Source: Camelus dromedarius
Taxonomy: Eukaryota
Reading direction: 5' to 3'
NCBI RefSeq assembly: GCF_036321535.1
Contig: NC_087436.1
Coordinates: 118,484,001 to 118,548,000 of the forward strand
DNA length: 64,000 nucleotides
This document shows positions 1 to 10,899 of the stretch, piece after piece. The notes beneath the pieces were generated by a model that worked only from the letters and a program-made list of their open reading frames with translations, was not told the DNA's origin and did not search any database. How positions within the stretch are numbered: position 1 is the first letter of the stretch; the number at the start of each line of letters is the position of its first letter. The translations under genes were made by a program, and so were the position numbers.

Positions 1-57
1 TGGGGGCACCGGGCAGATAGGTGGAGGTCAGGGAGGATGGTCTGGAGGATGGCAGTA

Positions 58-518
58 TGCCTACCTTCAGCATAAAGGAACTTTTACTTCCACTAAATGA
101 GTGCCAGCAAGAAACTGGTTAGAACCCGAAAGCCCTCACTGTGCAGTAGCGTTGAGGACCTAACCGGACATGACCTAATGCTCACTGTAATGTAATTAGC
201 ATGGCGGTTTGGGCCCCCTTGTGGGCTTTCCTATGTGCATCATGGGTAAGGACATGCACCAAACGGGACGATCATGACCAAGCACTCCAGGGGCAAGAGC
301 TGCCAATCAACCAAGAGACCACCTCTAAGCGAGGGTACAAGACAGGGGGCCAAACAAAGACCACTGCCGTCGGCCCCTGGATCAGCCCGCACCCCGTTCT
401 TGGAGGCGTACTCCTCCTTTGCTAAGAAAACCTTTAAAATCTTTTGCTCCCGTCTGAATTCTTCTCTTTCAGGTAAGACAAAAACTGAGGTCTTTTTCCT
501 TCCTCTTTTAGGGTAACA
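58..518 (+). mobile_element. Probable ERV1-class solo LTR (5' boundary uncertain)
   Basis: LTR-like 3' end (CTGAATTCTT...AAGACAAAAACTGAGG...GGTAACA) and TAATTAGCATG motif; no clear TSD. Confidence 0.45.
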
Positions 519-769
519 ATGGGAGTCATGCCTGTTCCTTTGGGGTCTCCCAGGTCCCTCATGCCCAATGCAAACGTTGTCCCCAAGTCCTTCTGGAACA
601 GGTGTGTGTGGCCAGGACAACCACTAGTCTATAGTCTTCCACAAGGTAGAAAGAGGTGCCTCTTCTTCAGAAGAAGAATGCTGCGTGTCAGACACTGATG
701 TGGATGGAATATGTTTTTGCTGCCATCTGGCAGGAAAAAAATCTTAAGAACATCCATCCAGGCTGCTCC

Positions 770-1290
770 TTCTAACACACTGACCTCCTTCTAACAAGTA
801 CAGTGCAGGCTGGTTTCATGGTGGAGAAATGCTAGTCCAGTCAAGAGTTCAAGGTCAACACCAACAGTAATGAATCAGGTTGCTAGCACATACTCAGACA
901 AATTCCAGCAGACGGCACCCTACAAAATCCCTGACCAGTCCTCCTCCAGACTGCCAAGGTCATCAAAACAAGAAAGTCTGAGGAACTGTCCCGGCCGAGA
1001 GGCGCCTACATGGGATGCATGTCCTGGATGGGACCCTGGGACAGAGGACGTTGGGCAAAAAAAAAAAAACTAAGGAAATCCAAATAAACTATGGACTTTC
1101 ACAATAATATATCAATTATATCAATCAGTTAGACCATTAACTGCAATAAATGTACTTTACTAATGTAAGATGTTAATAATAAAGGAAACTGTGTGCATTG
1201 GAGGGGATACATATGAATTTTCTTTACCATGTGTACAATTTTTCTAATATCTAAAGCTGTTCTAAAAACTGAAATCTGTTAACAAAAAAA
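770..1290 (+). mobile_element. Old L1 (L1MC-like) 3' UTR fragment
   Basis: CAAGGTCATCAAAACAAGAAAGTCTGAG and CTAATGTAAGATGTTAATAATA motifs, A-rich end. Confidence 0.7.
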
Positions 1291-1872
1291 CAAACACCTA
1301 AAATTCATTTGTGAGGTCTCTGGGGTGAACGGTGGCGCCATGGTGCACCCCGCCCCCACACAACCATCCACCTGTGCCGCCCCTGCCCCTGGAACTTTCC
1401 ATCCATTTTTTCACCCAGCATCTTACGCACAGCAGGCTCTGTGCTAGGCACCACGTGGTGAGCAAAGCAGACGCTGCCCAGACCCCCAGAGGGACAAAGG
1501 CCTCCTTCCCGACAGAAGGTTCTACTCGAGGGGGAGGGGCAGGATCCCAGGTTCCCAGGGAGCCCCCTGGTGGCCCTAGTGCCAGGGACACTTGGCTGTG
1601 GCTCCCTGAGGTCTCACAGGTTCCTAGCGGTCACTAGCTTGAGGGTGCCTCTCCGGGGGCTCCTTGGCCACCGTGAGCCGCCTGCTCCCACAGAGACCAT
1701 GCCAGCTGCCAGTCAACATCATCCTCCAGTGTCCAGCCTTCCCCTCCTGGTGATCCCTCTCTCCAGGGTGACACAGCTCCTGACAAGGTCACCATAACGT
1801 CTATAAGGCCTCATGTCATGGCCAGGTCTCCACTCTTACTGCACACGACTCACCACCAGCAGCCCTGGATGT

Positions 1873-2370
1873 GTGAGTGTCTTAGCATCCCACAGCTGCC
1901 GTAACAAACCACCACAGACCGAGTGGCTTAAAACCAACACACGTTTATTACTGTACTGTTCTGGAAGTCACGAGTCCAACGTGGCTCTCACTGTGTTAAA
2001 ATCAAAGTGTCTGCAGGGCTGCATTCTGGGAGAGCCTCTTCCAGCCTTAGAGGCAGCCTGCACTCCTAACTTATGGCCCTTCCTCTATCTTCAAAGCCAG
2101 CAGCAGCAGGTTGAGGCCTCACATTGGATCCCTCTGACCTTCTAATCTCACATCTCTTTCTGACTCTCTCCTGCCTCCTTCTTCCACTTGTAAGGACCCT
2201 TGGGATTACACTGGGACCACCAGGATAACCCAGGGTAACCTCCCTGTGATAAGGTCAGCTGATTAGCAGCCTCCATCTGCAACGTTTGTCTCCCTTTGCC
2301 CTGTGATGTGACACGTTCCCAGGCTCCAGGGGTCAGGAGGTAGGGGAGCCGTTGTGCTGCCTATTGCGAG
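1873..2370 (-). mobile_element. MaLR LTR (MLT1-like)
   Basis: GCTGCCGTAACAAACCACCACAGAC...GGCTTAAAAC...GTTCTGGAAG...TAAGGACCCTTGGGATTACACTGGG. Confidence 0.8.
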
Positions 2371-2619
2371 CCCCTCTCCCTGAAGCACCTTCCTCCCTTG
2401 ACCTGTGGGTCACAGCCTCGGTTTCCTTCCTGCAAAATCAGCCACACTTTCTCATCTCCTTTGTTCGATCGATCTTTTCTTCTTCCTGGCCTAGCCCAGC
2501 CCAGGCGCTCTCCAGGGCCCTGTCCAAAGACCTCAGTCTTCCCAATCAATACTTACCCCCAGGGAACTCAGCCAGGCCCTCCGGGGTTAAAGGCATGTAC
2601 CCTGACCACTCCCCGGTAT

Positions 2620-3610
2620 AGCAGCTCTCCAGCTCAGATTTCTCCCCCAGATCCAGACTCACTCACCCACCACCCTCCTGTGCACCCCTACCTCCATGCC
2701 TCACAGGCCTGTCAAACTCAACAGGACCAAATAAGAATTCCTGGCTGCCTCCCCGAGGCTTCCACATATTAGTTAATGGTATCTCTGTTCTTCCATCTGC
2801 TGAAGCCCAAGTCCTTGGTTTCATCCTTGACTTCTCTTTCTCTCTCTCAACTCACATTCAATCCCAGCACACTCCCCCGGCTCTGCCTTCACAATATACC
2901 CCAAATTCAACAACTTCTCGGCAGCTCTCTCCACGAATCTCCCTGGTCCTCTTCATCTCCACTGTCTGCCTGGTCCCCTACCTGCCTCCTCTCTCGGTTT
3001 TTACTTCTACCTCTGTCCTCTGTCCTCACACCTGCCACAGGGATGCTTTAAAAAGATGACTCAGAGCCGGTCACTTTTCTGCTCAAAACCCATCCCTGGC
3101 TTCCATCTAATTCAAAATAACAACCAGTCTTAAACATGACCCACCGGGCCTCCTGATCTGGCCCCTCCTTACCCTCTGGCCTCAGCACTTCCCCCTCCCC
3201 TCCCCCCCACCCCACCCTCTGCCCCTACCACACCAGCTTCCTGGCTGGTCCTGGACCCCACGAAGCACATCCTTTTGTCCTCACTGCCATCTCACTCTGA
3301 AATGCTTTTCTCGCAGCAGCACCCAAGCCCCTCCATCATTCCATCCAGGGCTCTGCTCACCTGTCAGCTCCTCAAAGCATCCTCCACGACCACCCCGTCT
3401 GGACCAAGGCCCTCTCTCTCAGCCCACTTTGCCCGACGCATTTCTCTCCACAGCCTGAACCACAACTGCCACACTACAGGTTAATGCCGTTAGCGTCTTC
3501 CTCCTGCCCCGCGAGTGCAGGTTCCTTAAGAACAGAGACTGCCTGTTCTCTTCTATCTCAAGCACCCAGAAGAGAGTCTGGGACACACAGGGCCTTCCAT
3601 AAACACTCAG
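2620..3610 (-). mobile_element. L2 fragments
   Basis: Pyrimidine-rich with L2-type motifs (CATCCTTGACTTCTCT, TCTGCTCAAAACC); boundaries approximate. Confidence 0.6.
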
Positions 3611-4829
3611 AAACCTCTTGTCTACTCAACCCTTCACTGCTTCTCTCCTTGCAAGGAGTTTCCAATAGGACTTCCTGCAACCCTGGCAACGCTCTATGGT
3701 CTGGGCTGTCCAATACGGCAGCTGCCAGCACACGGGGCCTTGGAGGACCTGAAACAGCGTGGCCAGGGCTCCTGTATTGGTCATAGCATTTTTAGAACAT
3801 CTGGGAGATGGCTGTAACTGGCTATTGGCTCCCCCTTTGCAGGAGAGGATAGATAATATGTTGACATGAGCATATGTGTTCTGGTGTTCAAAGCACTGTC
3901 TTGAAGAGCCTAGCAACAAATATTCACCAGAAAGGACTGGCACTGGCTTCCCAAAGGAAAGAACCGGACAGGCCCCCTGGACTTTAGTCTTCTCATCAGC
4001 AAAATGGGCCAGATACTTTCCACCTCACTGGACAGGAGTAGGTGAAAGGACTTTGTGAAAATATTCAGTCGTGAGCTTTATAAAAGCTCAGTAAATTGAC
4101 AGAGTATTATTATTTTGCCTTGTCTACTGAAAATCTAACAATAATAGAAAGTGAGGGGAAATTTCATTTAAGAGACCTAAAAAACCTCTAGCAAGGGTAG
4201 CAGGTACTGGGGCTAAAGGTAGAGAACTCAACAGGACAAGAGGAGCCAGGCCCTCGGGGAGGGCTGGGAGGGAGGACCCTGGGGAAGCGATGGGCCAGAT
4301 CGCTGGACAGATGTTCCCGGGAACAGAAGCCTGGGTTTGTTACAGGGGTCAGGGTGCAAGGTGTGTAAGCAGGGGAGGGAAGCAGTCAGGTGTACGCCCT
4401 GGACAAGTCACCTAGAGGCCTGGGGAAATGGATGGAAAAAAGCACAAATTAGGGGGTGGGGGCGACCCATAGGAACCAACCTCAAAGGCCAGAGGCTGAG
4501 GGGTGGGGAGTGAACCTAGGGATGCAGTGGAGGAGGGGGAGGGGCAGGTATCAGAGCTGATTAAGAGGAAAAGGCAGTAGGACTGGTGACCAGTTTTGGG
4601 TGGAGGAGGAGGGGAAATCTAGGGTGACAGCCAGAGCTCTGAGCCTTCCCAGTAAGGGACCACAGAGGCAGGGGCAGGGTGAAGGGGAAAGAGGTTAAAT
4701 CTGCAGTCACATAGAACTCCGGCCAACAGTCCAGCTGTTTTTTGTCAGCCGCTACACTCTGGTGGGGCACTGACCTGTGTAAGCTGCTCAACACGCATGA
4801 ACTCCTCTAAACTCTCACCTTGACCCTCC

Positions 4830-5620
4830 AGGGGAGGCCCTGCGGTGGCTTACAGATCAGGGTACCGAGGTACAAGAAGCGAAGCGACCTGCCCGAGGTC
4901 ACAGAGCCCTCGGGCTGCAGAGCGGGCTCGAACCGGCCGCCAACAAAGTCCAAGCCCGCAGTTGCCACATCGCTGTCTCCGCCCAACCGGGGAGTTTTCC
5001 GGCCCAAAGCGGGATCCACTAAGGAACATGCGACGCATCCTCGGATCCCGCCCTCCCTTTCGGGTAATTTCCCCACCCGACGGGGCCTCCCCGCCCCCGG
5101 TGTGGGTGAAGCCAAAACGCCCGAGTCAGACCTGAGATGGGGGGGCCGGCGCTCCTCACCTGCGCGCTGCGCTCGGGCCCCGCCCCGGGAGCCGCGGGGG
5201 CACCCGCGGGAGGCTGCGCGCCGAGGGGGCGCCGGAAGGGGCCTGGGCCCGCGGGGGGCCGTCCTCGGTCCTCGGGCTCCGCGAGCAGCGCCGAGGCGGC
5301 GGCCAGGAGGCCCCCGGCCAGCACCCACGTGGCGCGCCCCCGGGTGCCCATCGCCCGCCGGGGACCAGCGACCCCCAAATTCGCGGGTACAGGCGGAGTC
5401 GGGGCAGCTTCCGGACCCCAGGCCCGCCCCGCCGCCGAGCATGCTCAGTGCGAGCCTCCGCGGAAAGTTTTCTGGAACAGACTCCGGCCTCTGGGCTTGG
5501 CGGGCCCGGAGGCGGCCCGGGACCGAGACGGACGCGGGAGGGAGGGAGCGAGGCTGGCGCGGCCGCACTTCGGTTTGCTCGCGCCCCATCCGGGGACACT
5601 CCCAAAATCAGATCGGGTGA
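4830..5620. promoter_or_regulatory. CpG island over EVC2 promoter and exon 1
   Basis: Very GC- and CpG-dense; GC box CCCGCCCC near 5423; ETS-like CTTCCGG near 5408. Confidence 0.85.
5160..5351 (-). CDS. EVC2: EVC2 (limbin) coding exon 1, 64 codons, signal-peptide-like N-terminus; remainder of gene lies left of the window
   Basis: Translates MGTRGRATWVLAGGLLAAASALL...RRPLGAQPP...GAGPERSAQ, resembling the human EVC2 N-terminus (RGRPTWVLAGGLLA...RPLGAQPP...GAGPESSTQ, recalled). Ends at a CAG|GTGAGG donor, phase 0. Head-to-head with EVC as established in mammals. Confidence 0.93.
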
Positions 5621-6940
5621 CTCCTGCTCCCAAAGACTTTAGGAGCTCCCAGTGCCTCTCCAGTACTGCCTACTCAGTTCTCTGAGTCTCAACTCAGACT
5701 CACCTCTTCCAGCAAGCCTTCCTTGAGACACACCGGGCTGAATCGCGCATCTCCCCAGGCCCACCAGCCCCCGATTAAATAACTGAGAAACTTTTGGAGA
5801 GGCAGTGCCGCGTGTCCTGGAGGGCCCTGAGGGTACAGAACAGCGAGCAGCTGGGCTGGGAGGGAAACTGGAAGCTCAGATGCCAGAGAGAAAGGCCACT
5901 TTTCGTGTCCTGTTGGGTTCAGTTCAACCCAGTCAGGTTCCCACTGCCTGAGCCCTTGCTATGGCTTCGCCCCTGCACCTGCCCAAGAACCTACCCCCAC
6001 CCTGGGAGCGGGAGGGTGGAGGAGAGCAGGGAGTCAGTCCGGGCACTGTGAGACCTCTCTGCAGAACCTGGCCTCCTGAGCCAGCAGGCAGCAGCTCCGC
6101 AAACTCCCTGAACTCTCCATAGGGTAGGGCTGTCAGTCCCCTGGGCCCACAGTGACAGCTGACACCTCTTCAGCCTCCTGCACGGGGCCTGTTATACTGT
6201 CGGCAGCCTCAGGCCAGGAAGCCTGGCACCTATCGGCCTTTTTTTCCCCTGTCCCTCCAAGGACAGGCCTTCTCTGACTCCCTGACTCAACAGGGACAAG
6301 ACGATGGGATTTGGGAATCTGAGAACTTATTAGCCAAGCTTTCCATGTGGGGTACACTGGGGGTACTAAGCAGTGGGCCAGGAGTGAGATAAGACCAAAG
6401 GCTAAATGCTGGCATATTGCTGGAGCACGAATTCTATTAGTGAGTAGTTTAAAGGATGGTTTCGATATTCAAACGGCTTTATAATAAAGAAAAATGCAAA
6501 GAACACTACATTTTTAAAACTGAAGCTTGAGCATCCAAAGAAATCGCTGTCATAAAGTAAGAACTTCAGGTTACTGCCCTCATACACATTCCCCGGAGCC
6601 TTGAAGATGTGCCTAAGGAAACATCTAAGAAGCACAGTGTGGCAGAGAGTGTGAAGCCAGACAAACACAGGTGTGAGTGCATCTATCTGTCCCACTTCCT
6701 ACCACCATACTGAGTCAGCCGTTCTCCTCTCTAGTTATCAGCTTCTTCATCTATAAAGAGTAAATCTATGTGATGTTCTCATCTTGCCAACTTGGAAGAG
6801 TTGCTGAGGAAATGATTGAAAAAAAAAAAAAAACCCAGAAACTTGAGCTGGACGTCCAGTTTAAGAACACAAAAACCCTCTCTGTTGAAACAGATCCCCA
6901 TGCTCTGGCCCTTGTAGGAAATTAAGCTCCAAATGGTAGG

Positions 6941-6943
<3 letters not shown>

Positions 6944-6981
<38 letters not shown>
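6944..6981. repeat. (GT)19 microsatellite between EVC2 and EVC
   Basis: Direct reading. Confidence 0.95.
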
Positions 6982-6984
<3 letters not shown>

Positions 6985-7439
6985 TACGCCAGGACCCAGA
7001 ACAAGAGCTTGCATCAGTAAATTTGCTAAAAGACAGAAGAGATGCTGAACTCATCTGACTATCTCCCCACAGAGCCGTCAGCTCCTCACTGCCTGGGCCT
7101 TGTCTGATTGGTCACTGGCCTGATGCTGGTTCAAACAGTAGGTTCTGTGTAAATGCTGAGTGAAGGAATGACCCGGCAGTGTCTCCAGCAGGGGCTGGGT
7201 GTAACAGTCTCCAAATGCATTGTCTTAGGAGAAAGCAGTGACTATCCCTGGAAAAAAAAAGTATTAAAACAGGAGTTTTTCAGGCAAACAAGTTTACAGG
7301 CTGTGTGGCCCAAGGATGGCCAATCAGTAGAGGTCAGCAGTAAGGCTGAGTCAGACCTGATTGGGTCACTTAGCTCTGACCCTGAGCATGGGTGCATAAA
7401 TGGTACCCATCTCAGAAGGCTGTGAAGAAAGGGGGGTGG

Positions 7440-7560
7440 GGGGAGTAGGGACACGGCAAAACTCAGTTGTAGAATGCGTGTGTTTAATCCCCAGTACCTC
7501 CATTAAAAATAAATAAATAAGCCCAATTATCTCCTCTCCCCAAAATTAAAAAAAAAATTT
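7440..7560 (+). mobile_element. Internally deleted tRNA-derived SINE (vic-1-like)
   Basis: AATCCCCAGTACCTCCATTAAAAATAAATAAATAAGCCCAATTATCTCC matches the 3' part of the SINEs at 28873 and 56047. Confidence 0.75.
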
Positions 7561-7679
7561 TTTTTAAAGTTACTCAGGTCGTCAGGCTAACAGCTTAACA
7601 AAGCGTAAGCACGCAACTTAACTGAGCAACGCCCTCCTCCGTAGCTGGGGTTCCCTTCCCCGCTGGAAGTCAAGAAGCC

Positions 7680-8350
7680 GATGCAAAACAAGACTCCTGC
7701 CCGAAGGCCCTCCTCGCTGAGAAGCGCCCCTCGCCGCGGGGCATGCTCAGTGGAAAGGCAGGGCTGGGGCGGGGGTGGCTCAAAGTTTGGGCGGCGGGTC
7801 CAGGCTCCGCCCTGCGCGGGGCCGCGCTGGGCAGGGGGAGAGGAGCGGGAGGAAGGAGGCTGCGCAGGCCGGAGAAGTCGGCGGAGCGCGCCCCGCGCCC
7901 CTGGCCCACGGTGGGGGGCCCTATCCGGCGTCGCGGGCCTGGCGGGGATGGTGCCCCGGGCGGCGGGCCCGGGCAGCGCGCGGCGGCGGGCAGGATGCGG
8001 CGGGCGGGCCGCCTGAGCGCCCCCGATGGCCCGCGGCGCGGCGACCTGCGGGAGCGACGCGCGGCTGCTGCTGGGCCGGGACGCGGTGCGGCCGGCGCCC
8101 GCCCTGCTGGCCCCCGCCGTGCTGCTGGGCGCCGCGCTCGGCCTCGGCCTCGGCCTCTGGCTGGGCTGCCGCGCCGCCCGCCCGCGGCCTCGGCACCAGG
8201 TAGGCCGGGGTGTGAGGGTGCACGCGGCGCGGTCCTCCTCGGCTCTGGGGTCCGGGCTCTGGGGTCCGGGCTCCAGCCCCGGCTCTGCGTCCACTTGAGC
8301 GTGTTCGCGGGCATCGTGCGCAATGGGCCCTGTGCGGCAGGGTTCCCCGG
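7680..8350. promoter_or_regulatory. CpG island over EVC promoter and exon 1
   Basis: Very GC- and CpG-dense; GC boxes (GGGGCGGGG near 7766, GGGCGG near 7789). Confidence 0.85.
8026..8199 (+). CDS. EVC: EVC exon 1 (hydrophobic signal-anchor segment)
   Basis: [58 protein letters not shown]; donor CAG|GTAGGC. Confidence 0.97.
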
Positions 8351-8849
8351 GTGCTCCAGAGGCGGCTGGAGACTGTGATTTCAGAGGGAAGCGGCCAAAT
8401 GAGGGAAGGCTGTGGCTTGGGGTACCCCAGAGGTGTCTGCACCATCCAACAGCGCTGGATGACGTTAGCCCCTGAACGCCCGGGAGCCTGTCTCCTCGTC
8501 TGTAACAGCAAGGATTTGGACTGGTGGGTCCCGCTCAGCGCGGTGGACAGGAGGACTGGGGATTCCCACCCCTGGGTGCCCGTTCTGCTTCCTTGCTGTG
8601 TGGATCACCCAGCTAGCCCCTCAGGAGCCCCCGCTGCTACATCAGCATGCGCTCAACACTTACCCAAAAGTTTGCTGAGCACCTTCTACTGCCTGCCACT
8701 AGGCTTAGACGCCCCATCAATGTGCGGGGAAGACCCTGCGCCTGCCCCTGGAGGTTCACAGCCTTCAGAGGGAGACAGAGATGGACAGATTCCAAGTAAA
8801 CATTTTATTATAACAGCCTGATGAGTTCTGTGATGGGGAAATGAAAAAT

Positions 8850-9030
8850 ACTAGCATTTATTGAATGCTGGCTGTATGCCAGGCACTGACCCTCTACCTG
8901 AATGATCTCACTGAATCTCCAAGACAGCTTTGTGAGCTTGTGCTATTAATGTCCCCATTTTTCAGATGAGGAAACTGAGGCACAGAGAAGTTAAAATAAC
9001 TTGCCAAAAGGATAGGTGTGTGTCTAACCC
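8850..9030 (-). mobile_element. MIR SINE (further MIRs near 20870, 21200, 24520, 26000, 36310, 47900)
   Basis: CCCCATTTTTCAGATGAGGAAACTGAGGCACAGAGAAGTTAA core. Confidence 0.8.
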
Positions 9031-9715
9031 CAAAGCCACCATACTGGAGGTGGAGGGAATGGGTCACAGGTGGCCACCTGACGGAATTAACGGATGCTTC
9101 ATACAGCTGTTGTAGAATCAGATGTTGTGTGGAGATGTGGAGCATCCGACAGTCATTCGATCAACGGTGATATGATCAGTGTTTTAGGACCCTGCAGCTT
9201 TGACCTCATAGAAGCAGAAAGTGTGGTGGGATCTGGGATAAGGTAGTATGGTCTTGTTCCCCTACTCCTGGCCCACGTGAGAAGGAGATGAACCCAGCAA
9301 TGGTAAGCCAGGCTCTCTCACCTGGCAGGTGACTTCCGGAGTTCGTGCGACATAGGTTGAAACTAACCACGTGCAAGGTGCTTGTAGGTAGGTTTGAGGT
9401 TGTCGCATCCTGCTGGTGATTGAGACAGGCTCCTTGTGTGAAGAGGGAAGTAACACGTCAGAGTCTTTCCTGGGTGCCAGGCCCCGGGCCAGGTGCTTGT
9501 GGGCATTTGCTTCTGGATCCTCACTCCAAGCCTCTGCGTGTTGACTGTCGTTATCCTCATTTTCCAGTGAGGACATCAAGGCTCTGGAAGGCTGTTCTTT
9601 GTCCAGGGGCACACAAGGGGTGAGCAGGGGGGGTGGACTTCAAGCCCAGCCTGTCTGAACCCCTAAGTCAGAGCTTTTAACCACCTGCTACCTGCTGAAG
9701 CGGCACGTGGTATCT

Positions 9716-10103
9716 GTCTTAGTCTGTTCAGGCTGTGATAATAAAAATACCATAAACTAGGTAGATTTTGAACAGCAGAAACTTATTTCTCACAGTTCTG
9801 GGAGCTGGAAGTCCAAGGTCAGGGTGCCAGCATGCTGGGCTCTGGCGAAAGTCCTCTTCCAGGTTGCAGAAAGCTGACTTCTGTGTCTTCGCAAGTCAGA
9901 AGGGGCAGTGGAGATTGCAGGGGCCTCTTCTATCAGGGCAGTAATCCCATTCATGAGGACCTCACCCTCACGACCTGATCACCTTCCAGAGACTCCACCT
10001 CCCAATACCATTGCGTCGAGGATTAGGATTTCAACATAAGAAGCCAGCCGGGGTGGGGTGGGGTGGGGTGGGGACAGCGGGACACAAACATTCAGACTTT
10101 AGT
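9716..10103 (-). mobile_element. MaLR LTR (MLT1A-like) containing a (GGGGT)4GGGG run
   Basis: TGTCTTAGTCTGTTCAGGCTG...TTATTTCTCACAGTTCTGG...GGACACAAACATTCAGAC. Confidence 0.85.
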
Positions 10104-10899
10104 GGTAGCCCAGAGGCTCACAAGCTGCCTGGGTTTGCACAGCTGGTCCGTAACAGCTACACTAGTCCAGCTGAAGGTGGTGGTGGCTCAGACTAGGCTT
10201 GTAGCCATGAGGGGGGTCTCTGGCTCAAGGGTGGGGCTGGTGGGATTTTCTGATGGTGTGGATGTGACCTTGGCAACTCTTTTTTCCTACGTATCCTCCT
10301 TTATTTCATCTCCTGCCTCTAGTCTCCATTTACAAAATGTACATCCAACAATATGACTGTCCTGGTTAAAAAGCTCCACTGGCTCCTGGTTGCCCACTCA
10401 AGCTCATGTCCGTTTTCCCAGCATGGTGCATCAGGTGGCTTACCGTCCCCGGGGCATCCAGCCACCCAGAGTCCCCTTGGTCCCCAGATGCCTCTGCACT
10501 TGTGCTCATCTGTTCTCTGCCAGCCGAAACCTTTCTCGTCCTCTTGTCCTCTCGTCCCGCTCATCCTTCAGGACCCAGAGAGAAATCCACGTAGGAAAGT
10601 GTCCCAACCCTCAGGCTAGATCAAGCACTTCCTCTCTCATGGGTCCTGGACACTCTGTCCTCCTCTGGTCCAAGTCACCCAGCTCACAATTCTATCTTGG
10701 ACCACTTTCCTTTTGCGGTTTTTGTTTTATTTTATTAGTTTTCTTTATTTCATCATTGAAACGTTTTTTTGACATCAAAGTGACACATGCATGTAATTTA
10801 AAATGTTCACCCCACCCATTTCCCACTTCTGCGAAGCCACCTTGTTCAATTCTTGTTCAGCTGGCTATTTTGGTCATTTACTTTCCATTTCTGAATAAC

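Noticed and set aside
4807..5685. Long overlapping ORFs (260, 266, 182 aa)
   Set aside because: Stop-poor CpG-island sequence; only the minus-strand EVC2 exon 1 frame has homology and a splice donor.
7587..8511. Antisense ORFs of 196-235 aa over EVC exon 1
   Set aside because: GC-rich artefacts with low-complexity Arg/Pro/Ala composition and no recognisable homology.
10050..10073. G-quadruplex (GGGGT)4GGGG
   Set aside because: Real motif, but an expanded G-run inside a MaLR LTR with no evidence of function.
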